Shown here one piece after another: positions 63,066 to 64,000 of a DNA stretch of 64,000 bases. A program made the position numbers and the translations under genes. The stretch lies in contig NC_073409.1 in NCBI RefSeq assembly GCF_028641065.1, positions 11,036,001 to 11,100,000 on the forward strand, in the 5' to 3' direction. The stretch comes from Leucoraja erinacea (Eukaryota). Position 1 is the first letter of the stretch. Each line of letters begins with the position of its first letter. The notes beneath the pieces are model-generated. The model was not told where the DNA came from. It did no database searches and was given only the letters and a program-made list of their open reading frames with translations.

Positions 63066-63319
63066 GTGAGTCTGCAGAGAGAGAGGGGGGGGGGGGGGTG
63101 TAGAGCAGGGACTTCACTGTCCACCAGCCCCCATCTGGGACTGATGTTTGGCCTCACAACCACCTGCGTGAATTTGAGCCTCTACTCAAACTGAGCACCC
63201 CAGCAATTGCCAACCACCCCATCATTGTGAGCAAACGTCAGTGAGTGGATCGGGTTCACAATCTGGCTATACGATGGGATCGGGTCACCACTATTGGGGG
63301 GGGGGGGGGGGGGGGGCAT

Positions 63320-63860
63320 ATCGTTGTACAGCGCAGAAACTGGCCTGTCGGCACAACTCATTCATGCTGACCAGGGTTGCCCGTCTAAGCTTGTCCTGTT
63401 TTCCAGAGTTTGGCCCATATCCCTCTCGATCATTCCTATCCACATATATACCTGTCAAAATATCTTGTACATTTTATTATTGTACCTGCCCCAACTACAT
63501 CCTCTGACAACTTATTCCAAATAAACATCACCCTTAGTGTGGAAAAAGTTGCCCCTATTAAATCATTACCCCCTCATCATAAAACGTGACCGCCTGGTGC
63601 TTGATTCCCCTACTCTGGGGGAAAAAGACTGCATTCACCCTATCTATTCCCCTCAGTTTTACACACCCTCTATAAGTTCATCCCTCCCTCTCCTGTACTC
63701 TAAGGAATACATTTCTAGCCTGCCATACCTCTTCCCATAGCTCATACCTCGAGTCCTGGCTCTATCCTGTAAATCTTCAAGTACATTGCACTTGGCATCT
63801 ATCCCATAGTAGGCTGACCAAAGCTTAAAACACATAGTATGTCTTGCCCTCTTTTGTCCC
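63320..63860 (-). mobile_element. Degenerate CR1-type LINE 3' fragment
   Basis: MSYGKRYGRLEMYSLEYRRGRDELIEG remnant and CR1 3' end motifs. Confidence 0.7.
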
Positions 63861-64000
63861 ACTGATTTCCTTCCTGGAGGAGTATGCATCTCGATACTCC
63901 TCCAGGGGTATACTTAATCCCAGCTGTGTATATCTGACCTTTGCCTCCCCTTTCTTGATTAGTGCCTCAATTTCTCTCCTCATCCTGGGCTCCTTACAAT

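Overview
Vertebrate genomic DNA, probably an elasmobranch (skate/ray/shark), inferred from HE1/V-SINE-like, CR1 and Penelope-like repeats. Five spliced genes can be reconstructed with GT-AG junctions and consistent reading phase: HACD3 (-, exons 1-5, continues off the left edge), BTBD1 (+, 8 exons, 479 aa), C15orf40/UPF0235 (+, 4 exons, 124 aa), RAMAC/FAM103A1 (-, 149 aa) and HOMER2 (+, exons 1-5, continues off the right edge). Most other sequence is transposon-derived, and there is one 185-N gap. Main observations: (1) RAMAC has a tandemly duplicated 156-nt exon for the RNMT-activating region; the diverged copy keeps the ATG and the conserved copy has lost it. (2) The RAMAC PY-motif C-terminus is truncated and decayed. 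(3) Penelope-like elements carry a minimal hammerhead ribozyme motif and have produced short, often palindromic, TSD-flanked derivatives. (4) HOMER2 intron 1 holds an inverted repeat with ~250-bp arms. Gene and repeat names rest on my recall of homologous sequences; no searches were run, and repeat boundaries are approximate.
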